Shown in pieces: positions 1-12,385 of a stretch of 33,724 bases of DNA. Location: the NCBI RefSeq assembly GCF_006345805.1, contig NW_021831977.1, forward strand, positions 1-33,724. The letters run 5' to 3'. Each line of letters starts with the position of its first letter. Within the stretch, counting starts at the first letter, position 1. The notes under the pieces were generated by a model. The model was not told the origin of the DNA and searched no databases. It saw only the letters and a program-made list of their open reading frames with translations. A program made the translations under genes and the position numbers. Source of the DNA: Octopus sinensis. Lineage: Eukaryota.

Positions 1-735
1 TTTGAAATAGCGAATGGGAAATCCCTGGGGTGAGACTTACTCGATAGTAGGCTACTAGTACACAAAAAGTGCACGTTATGCAAGGAAATGCTCATGAGCT
101 AGCTATACCATATTGGCTGACTAATCTTATCCTCGAGGACAAAGAGATCCATGTGGCCAAAAAATTATAGGCCCATAGCCTGTTTGAATGTCATGTACAA
201 ACTGTACACAGGTTGTCTGAATAGGTTATTCCAAGAACATTGCCAAACAAATGGTGTTACAACTGATGAACAGGTAGAAGGAAAGAAAGGAGTCTGGGAT
301 CGTGCTGAACAGTTCCTCCTCCACAAAACTGTCCTTAAGGAAGCCAAACAATATCACTGTATACTTTTAACGATACGGTTAGACTACAAGAAGGCGCTCG
401 ACTCTGTGCTCCACTCATGGGTGATAGAATGACTACACGTAGCCAAAGTACCAGCTGCTATAGTGAATGCCATCGAAAGACTGACCACAACACGGCCCAC
501 ACAATTATCATTGACAAATACTTAAGCAACACCTATTATAACAAAACAGAATTAATGCTATCAGCAAACATATTCCAGGGTGGTAATTATTCTGTAATGT
601 CGTTTGTACTGGCAGCGAATCCCTTGTCAGCCCTGTTAATGAAATGCCAAGGCTACATAATGGGAAATGCAGAAAACAGTAAAATTAATGTCACCCACAC
701 ATCTTCTGTTGATAATCTTAAAGTTATATTCTGTT
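1..735 (+). pseudogene. Decayed reverse transcriptase of an RLE-type (R4/Dong-like) non-LTR retrotransposon
   Basis: Motifs NYRPIACLNVMYKLYTGCL, EQVEGKKG, LDYKKALDSVLHSWV (151-432), then after a stop/frameshift IFQGGNYS..FVLAANPLSALL and THTSSVDNLK (decayed GIFQGDSLSP and YxDD motifs). Multiple stops; truncated at the window edge. Confidence 0.85.
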
Positions 736-1190
736 AACATGATCAACATCAAAAGACAATTAGCACCAATTAGTCCAGAGGGTTGACCACCCACGCTGAT
801 GATATACGCCTTCATTCTATTATGTGATTTTTTCATTAAGTGTTTTGCCTTTTTTCAGCTACGAGCTACGGTCAGCCATAATATGGAACGCATAATAGAG
901 ACATTAGCAACAAAACACAAGCCTGTACCTGAAGCTTTTAAATTGAAGAAATGCCTTACAGAAGGCCAACCCCACTCATCAAACTAAAAATGCGTTTACC
1001 CAAAAGCTTAAGTTCTAATCTTCCTGTATTTTCTTTTGTCTAAAGCTACGGATGTTTCACCACACCCATCGTTTGTGTGTGTGTGTGTATGCAAATGTGT
1101 GCGTACACGTACACACACACACACACATAGTTCTATATTTAAGAGATGAGGAATTATGTATATATAAGCCCTAAAATTCACTCCATAATT

Positions 1191-1246
1191 GCCCACGGGC
1201 ATATGGCGTAATGGTTAAGATTCCGAGTTCGATTCCAAGCAGTGAT

Positions 1247-1322
<76 letters not shown>

Positions 1323-1470
1323 TCGAAAAACACCATAGGAAGGAGAACCCAGGTTCGAAATGTCCCCCAAGACACATGATGAAGGCTGGTGGATATATCA
1401 AGCAAAACGTGTTAACAACAAACAAGATGAGGACAAATATCCATCAAATGTAAATAATGTAAATAATGTA
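1191..1470 (+). mobile_element. SINE-E: tRNA-like head, internal (AAT)n, hammerhead-like segment, (ATGTAAATA)n tail
   Basis: A-box-like TGGCGTAATGG 1204-1214, B-box GAGTTCGATTCC 1225-1236, (AAT)n 1250-1320, GACAC-ATGATGA-AGGCTG..CAAGC-AAAACGTGTT 1371-1413, tandem 9-mer tail to 1470. No TSD seen. Confidence 0.65.
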
Positions 1471-1495
1471 TATATATAAATACACATATATATAT

Positions 1496-1672
1496 GTATT
1501 TAGTCTCCGCTACGTTCTGAGTTCAAATTCCGCTGAGGTCTACTTTGCCTTTCATCCTTTCGGGGTCGATAAATAAAGTAACTAGTTACGCACTGAGGTC
1601 GATCTAATCGACTTAATCCGTTTGTCTGTCCTTGTTGTCCCCTCTATATTTAACCTCTTGTGGGCAATAAAG

Positions 1673-1677
<5 letters not shown>
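1496..1677 (+). mobile_element. SINE-A, 5'-truncated copy in a (TA)n tract
   Basis: Collinear with 7485-7666 and 7667-7850: B-box GAGTTCAAATTCC, central CCTTTCATCCTTTCGGGGTCGATAAA domain, tail ..GTGGGCAATAAAGAAATA. (TA)n on both sides. Confidence 0.9.
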
Positions 1678-1730
<53 letters not shown>

Positions 1731-1982
1731 GTATGTACATGAGGGTTGCTGCAAAGTACCTGGCTGTTTTATAAAAGAAAATACAGGAAGGCAGTTAATT
1801 GTGATTTTATTCAAACATACTCTCCTCTCGGATTCGCACACTTATTGCAGTGGTCCTTCAGTTTTTCTAAGCCCTGTAAAAGATCTCTAAAGGATGGGTC
1901 TCCAACCATACTTTTCGCATGCATTTAAAGTCAGGAAATTTTCACCACCACCACTTCGTATGTATGTATGTTCGTATGGCTT

Positions 1983-2606
1983 AGAAGGAATGAACATGTG
2001 GAGAATGAGGGCGTGTTACTTTTTATGTGTGTGGTTTGTATGAGGAGGTGCTTGAGTCGTGCGGGCATAGTCACCCATCAGAGAACTCACAGGAATCGAC
2101 CCATGGTAAATTGTGATATGGCTATCGTTCACAGCAGAACATGAGCAACATGTGGAAAGGTGTGTTTTTCAGTTAGAGGATTGAAAAGGCATGTGAAAAG
2201 AGTTATGTTCCTTCTCCTTCTCGAGCCCTGGCAGGCTCATAAGGGCCGGTTTCCCGGTTTCAGTGGCGTAGAAATTTCCCACCTGGACGGGACGCCGGTC
2301 CGTCGCAGGATTACACATCTTTGCCAGCTGAGTGGACTGGAAGCAACGTGAAATGAAGTGTTTTGCTCAAGAACACAACGCATCGCCCGGTCCAGGAATC
2401 GAAACCACAACCTTACGATCATGAGTTCAACACTCTAACCACTAAGCCACGCGCCACCACATGTGAAAAGAGTTCATACGGTGGCACCCGTTCCTTCTGC
2501 TAGCCAGTACAGGTGTGCATTATGTAATAGAATATGTAAAACTTTCTCCAGGGTCAAGGGTCATACAAGGGCCCCACATTTCATCATCAATGACTCATTT
2601 CAATGA
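1983..2606 (+). pseudogene. Decayed triple C2H2 zinc-finger ORF, probably the C-terminus of an RTE-like LINE, split by SINE-D
   Basis: Removing the SINE and one TSD gives a single frame: ..FMCVVCMRRCLSRAGIVTHQRTH..RT*ATCGKVCFSVRGLKRHVKRVH..YRCALCNRICKTFSRVKGHTRAPH..*. One internal TGA (2142) falls at an expected Cys. Confidence 0.7.
2205..2460 (-). mobile_element. SINE-D, full length with TSD
   Basis: Minus-strand head GTGGTGGCGCGTGGCTTAGTGG..GGTTTCGATTCC, CORE-like TGTGTTCTTGAGCAAAACACTT, 3' CTGCGACGGACCGGCGTCCCGTCC..GAAACCGG. TSD CATGTGAAAAGAGTT at 2190-2204 and 2460-2474. Confidence 0.9.
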
Positions 2607-3420
2607 TTCTTTCTAGCAAAGGCTTTGCTCGTATACAAGAAAGCAGCTAAGACGTCTGTCTGTCTGTATGTATGCATTTATGTATGTATGAATATGTATA
2701 CCTATACAGAGATACATACACACTCATCTGTGAGTGTTCGTGAGCGCTAGCGCGAGAGCGAGTGTATGCGTGTGCACGTATGAGTACAGGATTAGTATAT
2801 TAGCTTTGACCAATGAAAACCTCCAAGGTTTTGCCGTAACGTGGCAACACTCCGATGACTGAACAGAAATTAAAAAGAATAAAAACAAAAAAATATATAT
2901 ATATACATTATATATATATGTATGCTTACACACGCATTCTCACATAGATACAGACGCACACATACACACTCATATATATTATGTATATATATATCCATAT
3001 GAAATCAGTAACATTTCGGATTTGATTTATTCAGTAAAAAGCCTCGTTTGCATCCCCTAAATTTCAGTGAGTCATTCTCAACAAGTTCAAATGATTCATC
3101 GACAAAATTACTCATGATCATCATGATCATCATCATCATCAGCAGCAACAACAGCTTAGAAGAAAAAGAATAACGACAACAGCAGCAGCAACAACGACAA
3201 CAACAACAACAACGCCATTTGTTATCCATGTAGTTTACATGTGAATACATAATATATCTAACCTGAAGAAAAATTGGTCCAATCAAAGCAATCGCAGACG
3301 TTTCTTTTTTGTTTTTCCGTCAGACATTTTTTGTTTTTTTGGTCACTTTTCACTAATTTTGATTTTCTTTCTTTGAATAACACCAAACGAAAACTGTATT
3401 TTACTGTATTTTCTTCTTAA

Positions 3421-3880
<460 letters not shown>

Positions 3881-4518
3881 TGGTCATGCTGGAAGTACCT
3901 TGATGTTTACGTAATACTCAACCAACCTTATAGATAATACAACAACAACGTCATCAATCCTCCACCACGACCACCACCACTTCCACAATCATCAAAACGT
4001 AATTAAATCTCAGAGAAAAGAATTTCAGACAGAATTCTGGGAAGGGTTATTAAATTTTGTTATATATTTTCTTTCTTATGAATGTACACAACTCACGGTC
4101 TACAAGAAAGTTTTAACGGAAGAAACTGAGGGAGGGGAAGTTCAATCTAGATATCAATGAATTAAAACTCGTACAATCATAATTCAAACTAGATTAAAAC
4201 TCCTTGAACGATTTTCCTTCGAAATCACTAAATTCAACTGTCTGTGACTCATTCAATAAAATCTATTATTCTGTTAACAATAATAATATCCTATAAGGTT
4301 TAAGCTTAGAAAATATTATGTTAAACACTTTGATCATTCTTTCCCTTGTTCACTTTCCAATATCGCAAACATTTCTGGAATATATTTCAGCCCGGACATG
4401 GACCAGCAAAAGCTTATATCTCTAATATCTTTGAAATTACTATTTTCCAAGATCTCAATGAGCAAAACTTGAGATAGAAAGCATTTCTAGAATTCCTCTC
4501 CGTTGGAATATCACACAG

Positions 4519-4908
4519 AGAAGGAGTGGCTGTGTGGTAAGTAGCTTGCTAACCAACCACATGGTACCGGGTTCAGTCCCACTGCGTGGCATCTTGGGCA
4601 AGTGTCTTCTGCTATAGCCCCGGGCCGACCAATGCCTTGTGAGTGGATTTGGTGGACGGAAACTGAAAGAAGCCTGTCGTATATATATGTATGTGTGTGT
4701 GTTTGTTCCCCTAGCATTGCTTGACAACCGATGCTGGTGTGTTTACGTTCCCGTCACTTAGCGGTTCGGCAAAAAGAGACCGATAGAATAAGTACTGGGC
4801 TTACAAAAAGAATAAGTCCCGGGGTCGAGTTGCTCGACCAAAGGCGGTGCTCCAGCATGGCCGCAGTCAAATGACTGAAACAAGTAAAAGAGTAAAGAGT
4901 AAAGAGTA
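4519..4908 (+). mobile_element. SINE-B (tRNA head, CORE-like domain, internal TA/TG microsatellite, (AAAGAGT)n tail)
   Basis: GGAGTGGCTGTGTGG..GGGTTCAGTCCC head, CORE-like TCTTGGGCAAGTGTCTT, tail CCAGCATGGCCGCAGTCAAATGACTG. Near-identical to 17028-17436 and 23884-24305. Confidence 0.92.
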
Positions 4909-6065
4909 TTTCTGCAATTCTTACTGGCTTGTATGCAATGTATTAACCAGCAAATGTTGAAGCTGAATCTAAATGGAATCCGAAAAAAATCTGTATCGTT
5001 TATCATCCCATATTATAACGAAGATCTTCGAAGATATTATAAAGAAGATCTTCAAGTATTATGGGCTTTTACTATGTTCCCCATATTAAGAAGATTAAAC
5101 AATAAAAATGATGTGGTATTAGAGAAACCGTCACAACCATACTGAACCCTCAAGAAATTCTCAACGCATTCGAACACATTCCTTCATGATACCTTCCTTC
5201 AGATAATTCATATCTGTGATTTTCATTGAGTATGCTTTCTCCTTCAGCATACCCCTGAAAATGTAGTTAAGGCATCTTATATCCGTTGAACGAGGAGCCA
5301 TTTTAAATCTAGTTATATTTCCCATGTGTCCAACTTATACGGTCACTTTGTACACGACTGGGAATGGAACAGACGAAAATTACTTTAAAAAGGCAACACA
5401 CTGTGTAAGCACATTAGCTAATGTGTGCGCTGTATCTTGCAGAAGATGGCGGCGAAATTGCATGTGAAATATTGCAGAAAGACGGACATGTTTTGGTGAG
5501 ATGTCTAAACATTGTCATACATCCTTATCGCAGCAGAGAGCGTGCGTTGATTGATGCTACATATGCAGCAGAGAGAGACATAAACAAACATATCATTTAA
5601 AGAACTAAAGGAAGAAATAAATAATAACAATAAAAAGAGGAGAAGAAAAGAAGAGAAAAATCTGTCTCTGCAAAACAAATTGGAAAAGTTGCGACAGCAA
5701 ACATCGAACATATATATTAAAAAACAAACGCACTTCGGAAACGGACATACAACAAATACACGAATAGATAAATGAATGCGATGTCAAGAAAGATAAATGA
5801 AGTTATCTTCGTTTAGACATTGACTGTGAAAATGTTCTCATGTATAAGTGCAGATGTGACTGTAACAATTTCTGTAAAATAATTGCAGAGACACCAACGC
5901 GCGGCACGCCCATCAACCCATTTATATAGGCACGTATATACTCACATCGGTTTATAGCATTACACACGTACATTGGCACTTATTTACAGATACAAATATG
6001 TGTGAAGAGACACTTACACATAAAAATATAAGTGGATGTATGTTTACAGAGAGACACATATATTT

Positions 6066-6070
<5 letters not shown>

Positions 6071-6099
<29 letters not shown>

Positions 6100-6105
6100 C
6101 ATACA

Positions 6106-6136
<31 letters not shown>

Positions 6137-6171
6137 GTATACGCACTAATACATACACACATGTATTACAT

Positions 6172-6210
<39 letters not shown>

Positions 6211-6347
6211 GCAGACAAACACAGAAGCACAAAAAGATGTTTATGGACAACATACAAACACATGCGTATACAAAACCCAACTTCAATGTGAATATTTGCA
6301 TTCATGACTCAACTTTAAACACGTTTCACACATGTTACACACGCACG

Positions 6348-6389
<42 letters not shown>

Positions 6390-6432
6390 AACACATACAC
6401 ACACACAAACACACAAACACATACACACACAC
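6071..6432. repeat. (TACA)n, (TA)n and (CA)n microsatellites
   Basis: Read directly from the sequence; source of several spurious ORFs. Confidence 0.95.
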
Positions 6433-6487
6433 TGTACAAGTAGATGGATTGAAATACAGACTGGCAGACAGAAAAATAGACAGACAG

Positions 6488-6729
6488 TTAGATAACTTTC
6501 TTTATTGGCCACACAGGGCTGAAACACAGAGGGGACAAATACAAATGTAAAGCTTTTCTTTTTGAAAACGAAAAAGAAAAACAGGGAAAAAAAAGTAAAA
6601 TTCCGATCAAAAGGAATCGGAGAAAAAAACAAACGATCAAAAGGGGTCGTATATCACAAAAGAATTTTTAAAATGTTAAAAGCAAGATTAGGTTTATCCC
6701 GAACAGGTAATGCTTCTCGATAGCACTAC
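6488..6729 (-). mobile_element. Internally deleted Tx1-clade LINE remnant (ORF2 sliver fused to 3' UTR)
   Basis: Minus strand GTAGTGCTATCGAGAAGCATTACCTGTTCGGGATAAAC matches ORF2 9168-9205 (QCYREALPVRDK). The end CAGCCCTGTGTGGCCAATAAAGAAA matches the Tx1 3' end at 10003-10027. Confidence 0.85.
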
Positions 6730-6730
6730 C

Positions 6731-7206
<476 letters not shown>

Positions 7207-7437
7207 AGACAGACAGAGAATGAGATGCAGGGAAAGAGAGAGGAAGCTTTATATGCATCGTTCGATTTTAATTTGATATTGTGGTATTAGTTAATAAGAT
7301 AACAGACAAACAGAACGTTGAATTATTAAGCATGTAAACAAATCTCGAATGAGTAATACAGATATAAGGATATAAGGAACGGAGAAGGAGGCGAGGCGGG
7401 AGGAGCATTACCGAGCCGGACAGGAATGCTTAGCGGT

Positions 7438-7850
7438 ATGGCGAGTTGGCAGAAACGTTAGCACGCCGGGCGAAATGCTTTGTGGTATTTGGTCCGCCGC
7501 TACGTTCTGAGTTCAAATTCCGCCAAGGTCGACTTTGCCTTTCATCCTTTCGGGGTCGATTAAATAAGTACCAGTTATGCACTGGGGTCGATATAATCGA
7601 CTAAATCCATTTATCTGTCCTTGTTTCTCCTCTCTGTTTGGCCCCTTGTGGGTAGTAAAGAAATAGGTATTTCGTCTGCCGTTACGTTCTGAGTTCAAAT
7701 TCCGCCGAGGTCGACTTTGCCTTTCATTCTTTCTGGGTCGATAAATTAAGTACCAGTTACGCACTGGGGTCGATGTAATCAACTCAATCCCTTTGTCTGT
7801 CCTTGTTTGTCCTCTCTGTGTTTAGTCCCTTGTGGGTAGTAAAGAAATAG
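7438..7850 (+). mobile_element. SINE-A full copy (7438-7666) plus head-less second unit (7667-7850) in tandem
   Basis: Head GGCGAGTTGGCAGAAACGTTAGC, B-box GAGTTCAAATTCC, and two ~183-bp units each ending GTAGTAAAGAAATAG. Nested in an older SINE-A (head ~7405-7437, body ~7851-7990). Confidence 0.9.
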
Positions 7851-8059
7851 GTATTTCTTTCGGTTTTATGTTTTGATTTCAAAGGTCACCGTGTCGTCTT
7901 TGTCTTTCATCCTTTCGGGGGGGGGGGGGGTCGATAAAATGAACACTAGTTGAGAACTGCGGTCTATGTAAACGGCTTGGTTCCCTCACTCTCAGTTTCA
8001 GGCCCTGTAATCTACAGTAGAGGGGGACCATTCATGGTTTTGAGAGATGTAGACTTTCG

Positions 8060-10028
8060 TTCCGCGGCTGGATAGCCGCTTTGTACAGAGGCATCCGTTC
8101 GGTAATTCGCGTGAATGGACATCTATCGAGACCCTTCGACATCGCACGTTCGGTCCGTCAGGGATGCCCCCTCTCGGCGCTTCTATACGTATTGACTCTT
8201 GAGCCACTACTGCGGAAGCTGGCGACTCTGAGGGGCATCCCGCGAGAATTAGGATGCGGGACGAGCGTGTCTGCATACGCGGACGACGTCACCGTCATAG
8301 TGTCAAGCCACGAGCACATCGAGCGGGTCGGCGAGACACTGAAAGACTACGAAGCGGTGACAGGAGCGAAAATCAACCGGGAAAAGTCAGTGGGCTTGCG
8401 ACTAGGCACCTGGAGAAGCAAGCCCATGCCGTCCACCAGCGCCTCCGTCGTGGGACGCTGGACCGACGTCCCGGTTGAGTTGCTCGGGGTCTGGTTTGGT
8501 CCGGACCTCCAAGTGGAGAAGAACTGGAACGAGATAACGAGTATGGTGGTCACTCTCGCCCGGCAATGGGCCGAGAGGAAACTGTCCCTAAAAGGTCGGG
8601 CGGAGGTGGCTAACACGTACATCGCGTCCGTCATCTACTACCTCCTGACCGTCGTACCTTGTCCCGACCCTACCATCACCAAACTACAACGCATTCTCTT
8701 TCGCTTCTTGTGGAAAGGATGCGTCCCGATGGTCAGGCGATCCATTTGCTGTCAACACCCGTTAAAAGGAGGGCTGGGCATGCCGTGGTTGATGATGCGC
8801 AGACACGCGCTGAGACTGCGACATCTCTGGCTCTATGTAGACGACGGTGAACAGGTGTGGTCGCCGTTTGTGAGGCACGCTTTCCCGCAGCTCGTCTCCA
8901 TGACCGAACTGCAGTCGTGGATCAAAAAGAGGCCGAAGAAGGGCGAATGGCACCGCGAGTGTCGCGTTGCTCTCAAGCAACTCTGCCGTCCTGGTCGACC
9001 TTGAGTGACTTCAACACAACCAAAGCATTCTATAGGGGTTTAGTGGAGGGGAGGTACGACGACGAGCTCGGGGCGAACCTGGACGTCGACGAGGAGTACC
9101 TGACCCGCCTGTTCAGGACGACTTTCGGGCCAGGGCCCATGGACAACTTCCAGAGATCCCTGGCCTGGCAGTGCTACCGAGAAGCGCTACCCGTTCGGGA
9201 CAAGCTCTACAGACACGGCTCGAGAAACACGGGGCCGACCTGCCCGAGATGCGGTTAGAGCGACGAAACCGTTCTGCACGCACTCGTGCAGTGTCCAACA
9301 ATTTCCGACCTGTGGGCTTGTGTCGAACAACTGCTGTCACGTGTGGGACGAGTCGGTTTATCAGCTGAGTCTATCGTCAATATTGTCACGCCTCCCTCCT
9401 TCAAACGGGAAGGAAGAGCTATTTTCATCATCCTTGTGGCTATGGCGAAAGAATGTATCTGGTGGACGCGTCTGAAAGGATTGGAGACAAACACTTTCCT
9501 CTCTGGTCAATCTCTCATCAACTTCTTCAAGTACCACTTGAAAAGGAAAGTGAGAGTAGAGAGGCAAGTTTTGTCTAGCGAATGTTTAAAAAAAAGATGG
9601 GTGAATGTAGCAAGAATGGCACGTATGAATGACGAAGCCACCTTGAGCATGATCCTATGAACCCAGAAATTGAAAACAGAGAGTTGCTTATTTGCAAAAA
9701 AAAAAAAAAGAAATATAACATGCGACTTCATTGACCGAGGTTACCGTGGTCTTTTCCGTAGGCTTTTCTTTCCACGGGTAAACCTCACCTGTCCTCCCCT
9801 TTACACTTCATATTGACATTTCTGTGATAACGATCCCTATTGATCATTTTTTTTTTTTTCGTCTCCCCCCTTTTTTTTAACCCCCCTTTTTTTGTCCTCT
9901 TTCTCTCCTTTTACGATCCCTTTTGATCGAAACTCCCCCTTCCTTTTTTTTTTTAAACCTTCAAAAGAAAAGCTCTACCTTGTAATTTGTTTTATCTGTG
10001 TGCAGCCCTGCGTGGCTAATAAAGAAAC

Positions 10029-10030
<2 letters not shown>
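8060..10030 (+). mobile_element. 5'-truncated Tx1/L1-clade LINE (ORF2 RT C-half, CCHC knuckle, 3' UTR)
   Basis: VRQGCPLS, SAYADDVT, GAKINREKS, YLGVWFG-like LLGVWFG, GGLGMP and CPRCG*SDETVLHALVQC. The only lesions seen are a -1 frameshift near 8995 and a TAG at 9256-9258. Stop at 9658-9660, AATAAA 10018-10023, then (TCTA)n. GC-rich relative to flanks. Confidence 0.95.
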
Positions 10031-10582
<552 letters not shown>

Positions 10583-10807
10583 CGGAGAATGTTTCGCTCC
10601 TTGAAACTATTTTTTTTTGTTTTTCTTTTAATGTAATCATTGCTATTGCCGAAGTAAGTAAATCGCTTTGGATTAATTGATGACGCAAAACAGGTGTCAT
10701 TTCCAAGAACCAGCAAACTAATCTTATAACGCAAGAACTCATGGAAAGCAAATGAAGGTTTTGGTGATTTATCAAGTGGTATTTTTCTCTCCATATATAC
10801 ATATAAA

Positions 10808-11109
10808 TAGGCGATGTCGTGGCTGTATGGTAAGAAGTTTGTTTCCCAACCACGAGGTTCCGGGTTCAGTCCCTCTTTTACTCTAGCCTCCGGGTCGACC
10901 AAAGCCTTGTGAATAGATTTAGTAGACGAAAACTGAAAGAAGTCCGTCGTATATATAATACAAACATACACATACATCCACACATATATATTCACCGTGA
11001 CCGATCAGGCTATCGGATGTTGTTACACATCGCTGGTCACAATGCGCTTCGCATTGTTTTAGCCTTCAAATGATGCCATCCCGCTGGCTAAGCGAGCAGG
11101 CCAACACAC

Positions 11110-11150
<41 letters not shown>

Positions 11151-11159
11151 GTATATATA

Positions 11160-11192
<33 letters not shown>

Positions 11193-11395
11193 CTCTGTTT
11201 GTCTGTCCCCCTGCCATCGCTTGACAAACGATACTAGTGTGTTTATGTCCGCCGTAAGCTAGTGGTTCGGCAAAAGCGACCTGTAGAATAAGTACAAGGC
11301 TTACAAAAAATAAGTCCTGAGGTCGATTTATTCAACTAAAACCCTTTAAGGCGGTGCTTCAGCATGACTGAAACAAGTAAAAGAATAAAGAATAA
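10808..11395 (+). mobile_element. Older SINE-B with expanded internal microsatellite and a nested ~115-bp insert (10991-11105)
   Basis: Head 10808-10870, AACTGAAAGAAGTCCGTCG, body resumes at ~11195 (TGTTTGTCTGTCCCCC..), tail TGACTGAAACAAGTAAAAGAATA. Confidence 0.8.
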
Positions 11396-11663
11396 CTGTT
11401 AAGAAAACAAAAAGGGATGACCATAAATTGAACCACGCACTCTCCTTTCATTTTGCATTTCTCCCAAGTATAAATATGTCCACATATATGCATACTGATT
11501 TGGTCCCTAATTTAGATCCAAAGCCAGCCCTTTTTGAAGGTATCTTAGTCACTTACTGGAACTTTATTTTGTCGAGCACACGGAGAGATGATTGATAATG
11601 TTAACCTAGATAAGATTCGAACTCAGAACGTGGAAACTAATGCGGTTAAGCGTTTTCCGTGGC

Positions 11664-12385
11664 TTCTTTCAGTTTCTATCTGCCAAATCCACTCACAAGA
11701 GTTTGGTCGACCTGAAGCTATAGTAGAAGACACTCGCCGAAGGTGATACGCAGTGAGACTGAACCCGGAACCATGTGGTTGGGAAGCAAGCTTCTTACCA
11801 CACAGCCGCTCTTTATTAACTTCAATGTAACAAGAAAGTTAATAAACTTACTTGTTACATGGAAGCCATGTAACAAAGAGGATAAAATAGGTTTCGTGCC
11901 ATGACCTGTTTCCGTCATTTGACTACGGCCATGCTGGGACACCACTCGTAGGTTTTAGAAAAATGTGTTTCAATTATGAATATTTTTCCTTGCCTTTTAT
12001 ACATTTTATTTTGCGTCATTAAACAGCGGTCATACTGGGGCATCGCCTTAAAGGGTTACGTCGGAACTTTTGACCTCAGTAGTTTGTATGTTTCAAGTCT
12101 GGTGTTTATTCTTTCCGTCTATCTTGCCGAATTTACGGAGATGTAAACAAACCAGCATGGGTTGTTAAACGGTAAAGGGGAACAGACACAAACATAAGGA
12201 CACGCAAAAATAGAGAAATGAAAACACACACACACGCACGTACACATACACACACACACACACACACATACACACGTACACACGACGAGAATCTTTTAGT
12301 TCCCGTCTACCAAAGCTATAGTGGAAAATACTTGCTCAAGGTGTCACACAGTGGGACTGAACCCGAAACTATTTCTTTGGGACAC
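11664..12385 (-). mobile_element. Decayed SINE-B fragments (11664-11811, 11904-11948, ~12020-12385)
   Basis: Reverse-complement matches to the SINE-B head/CORE segment and tail; heavily diverged. Confidence 0.7.

Noticed and set aside
4190-5145. Decayed coding-like frames around SINE-B (e.g. PGHGPAKAY, AESKWNPKK; ORF 4933-5145)
   Set aside because: No recognisable motif order or continuous frame; cannot assign without a database search.
7917-7930. G14 run as a G-quadruplex or regulatory element
   Set aside because: Expansion of the GGGG in the SINE-A central domain; possibly a homopolymer sequencing error.
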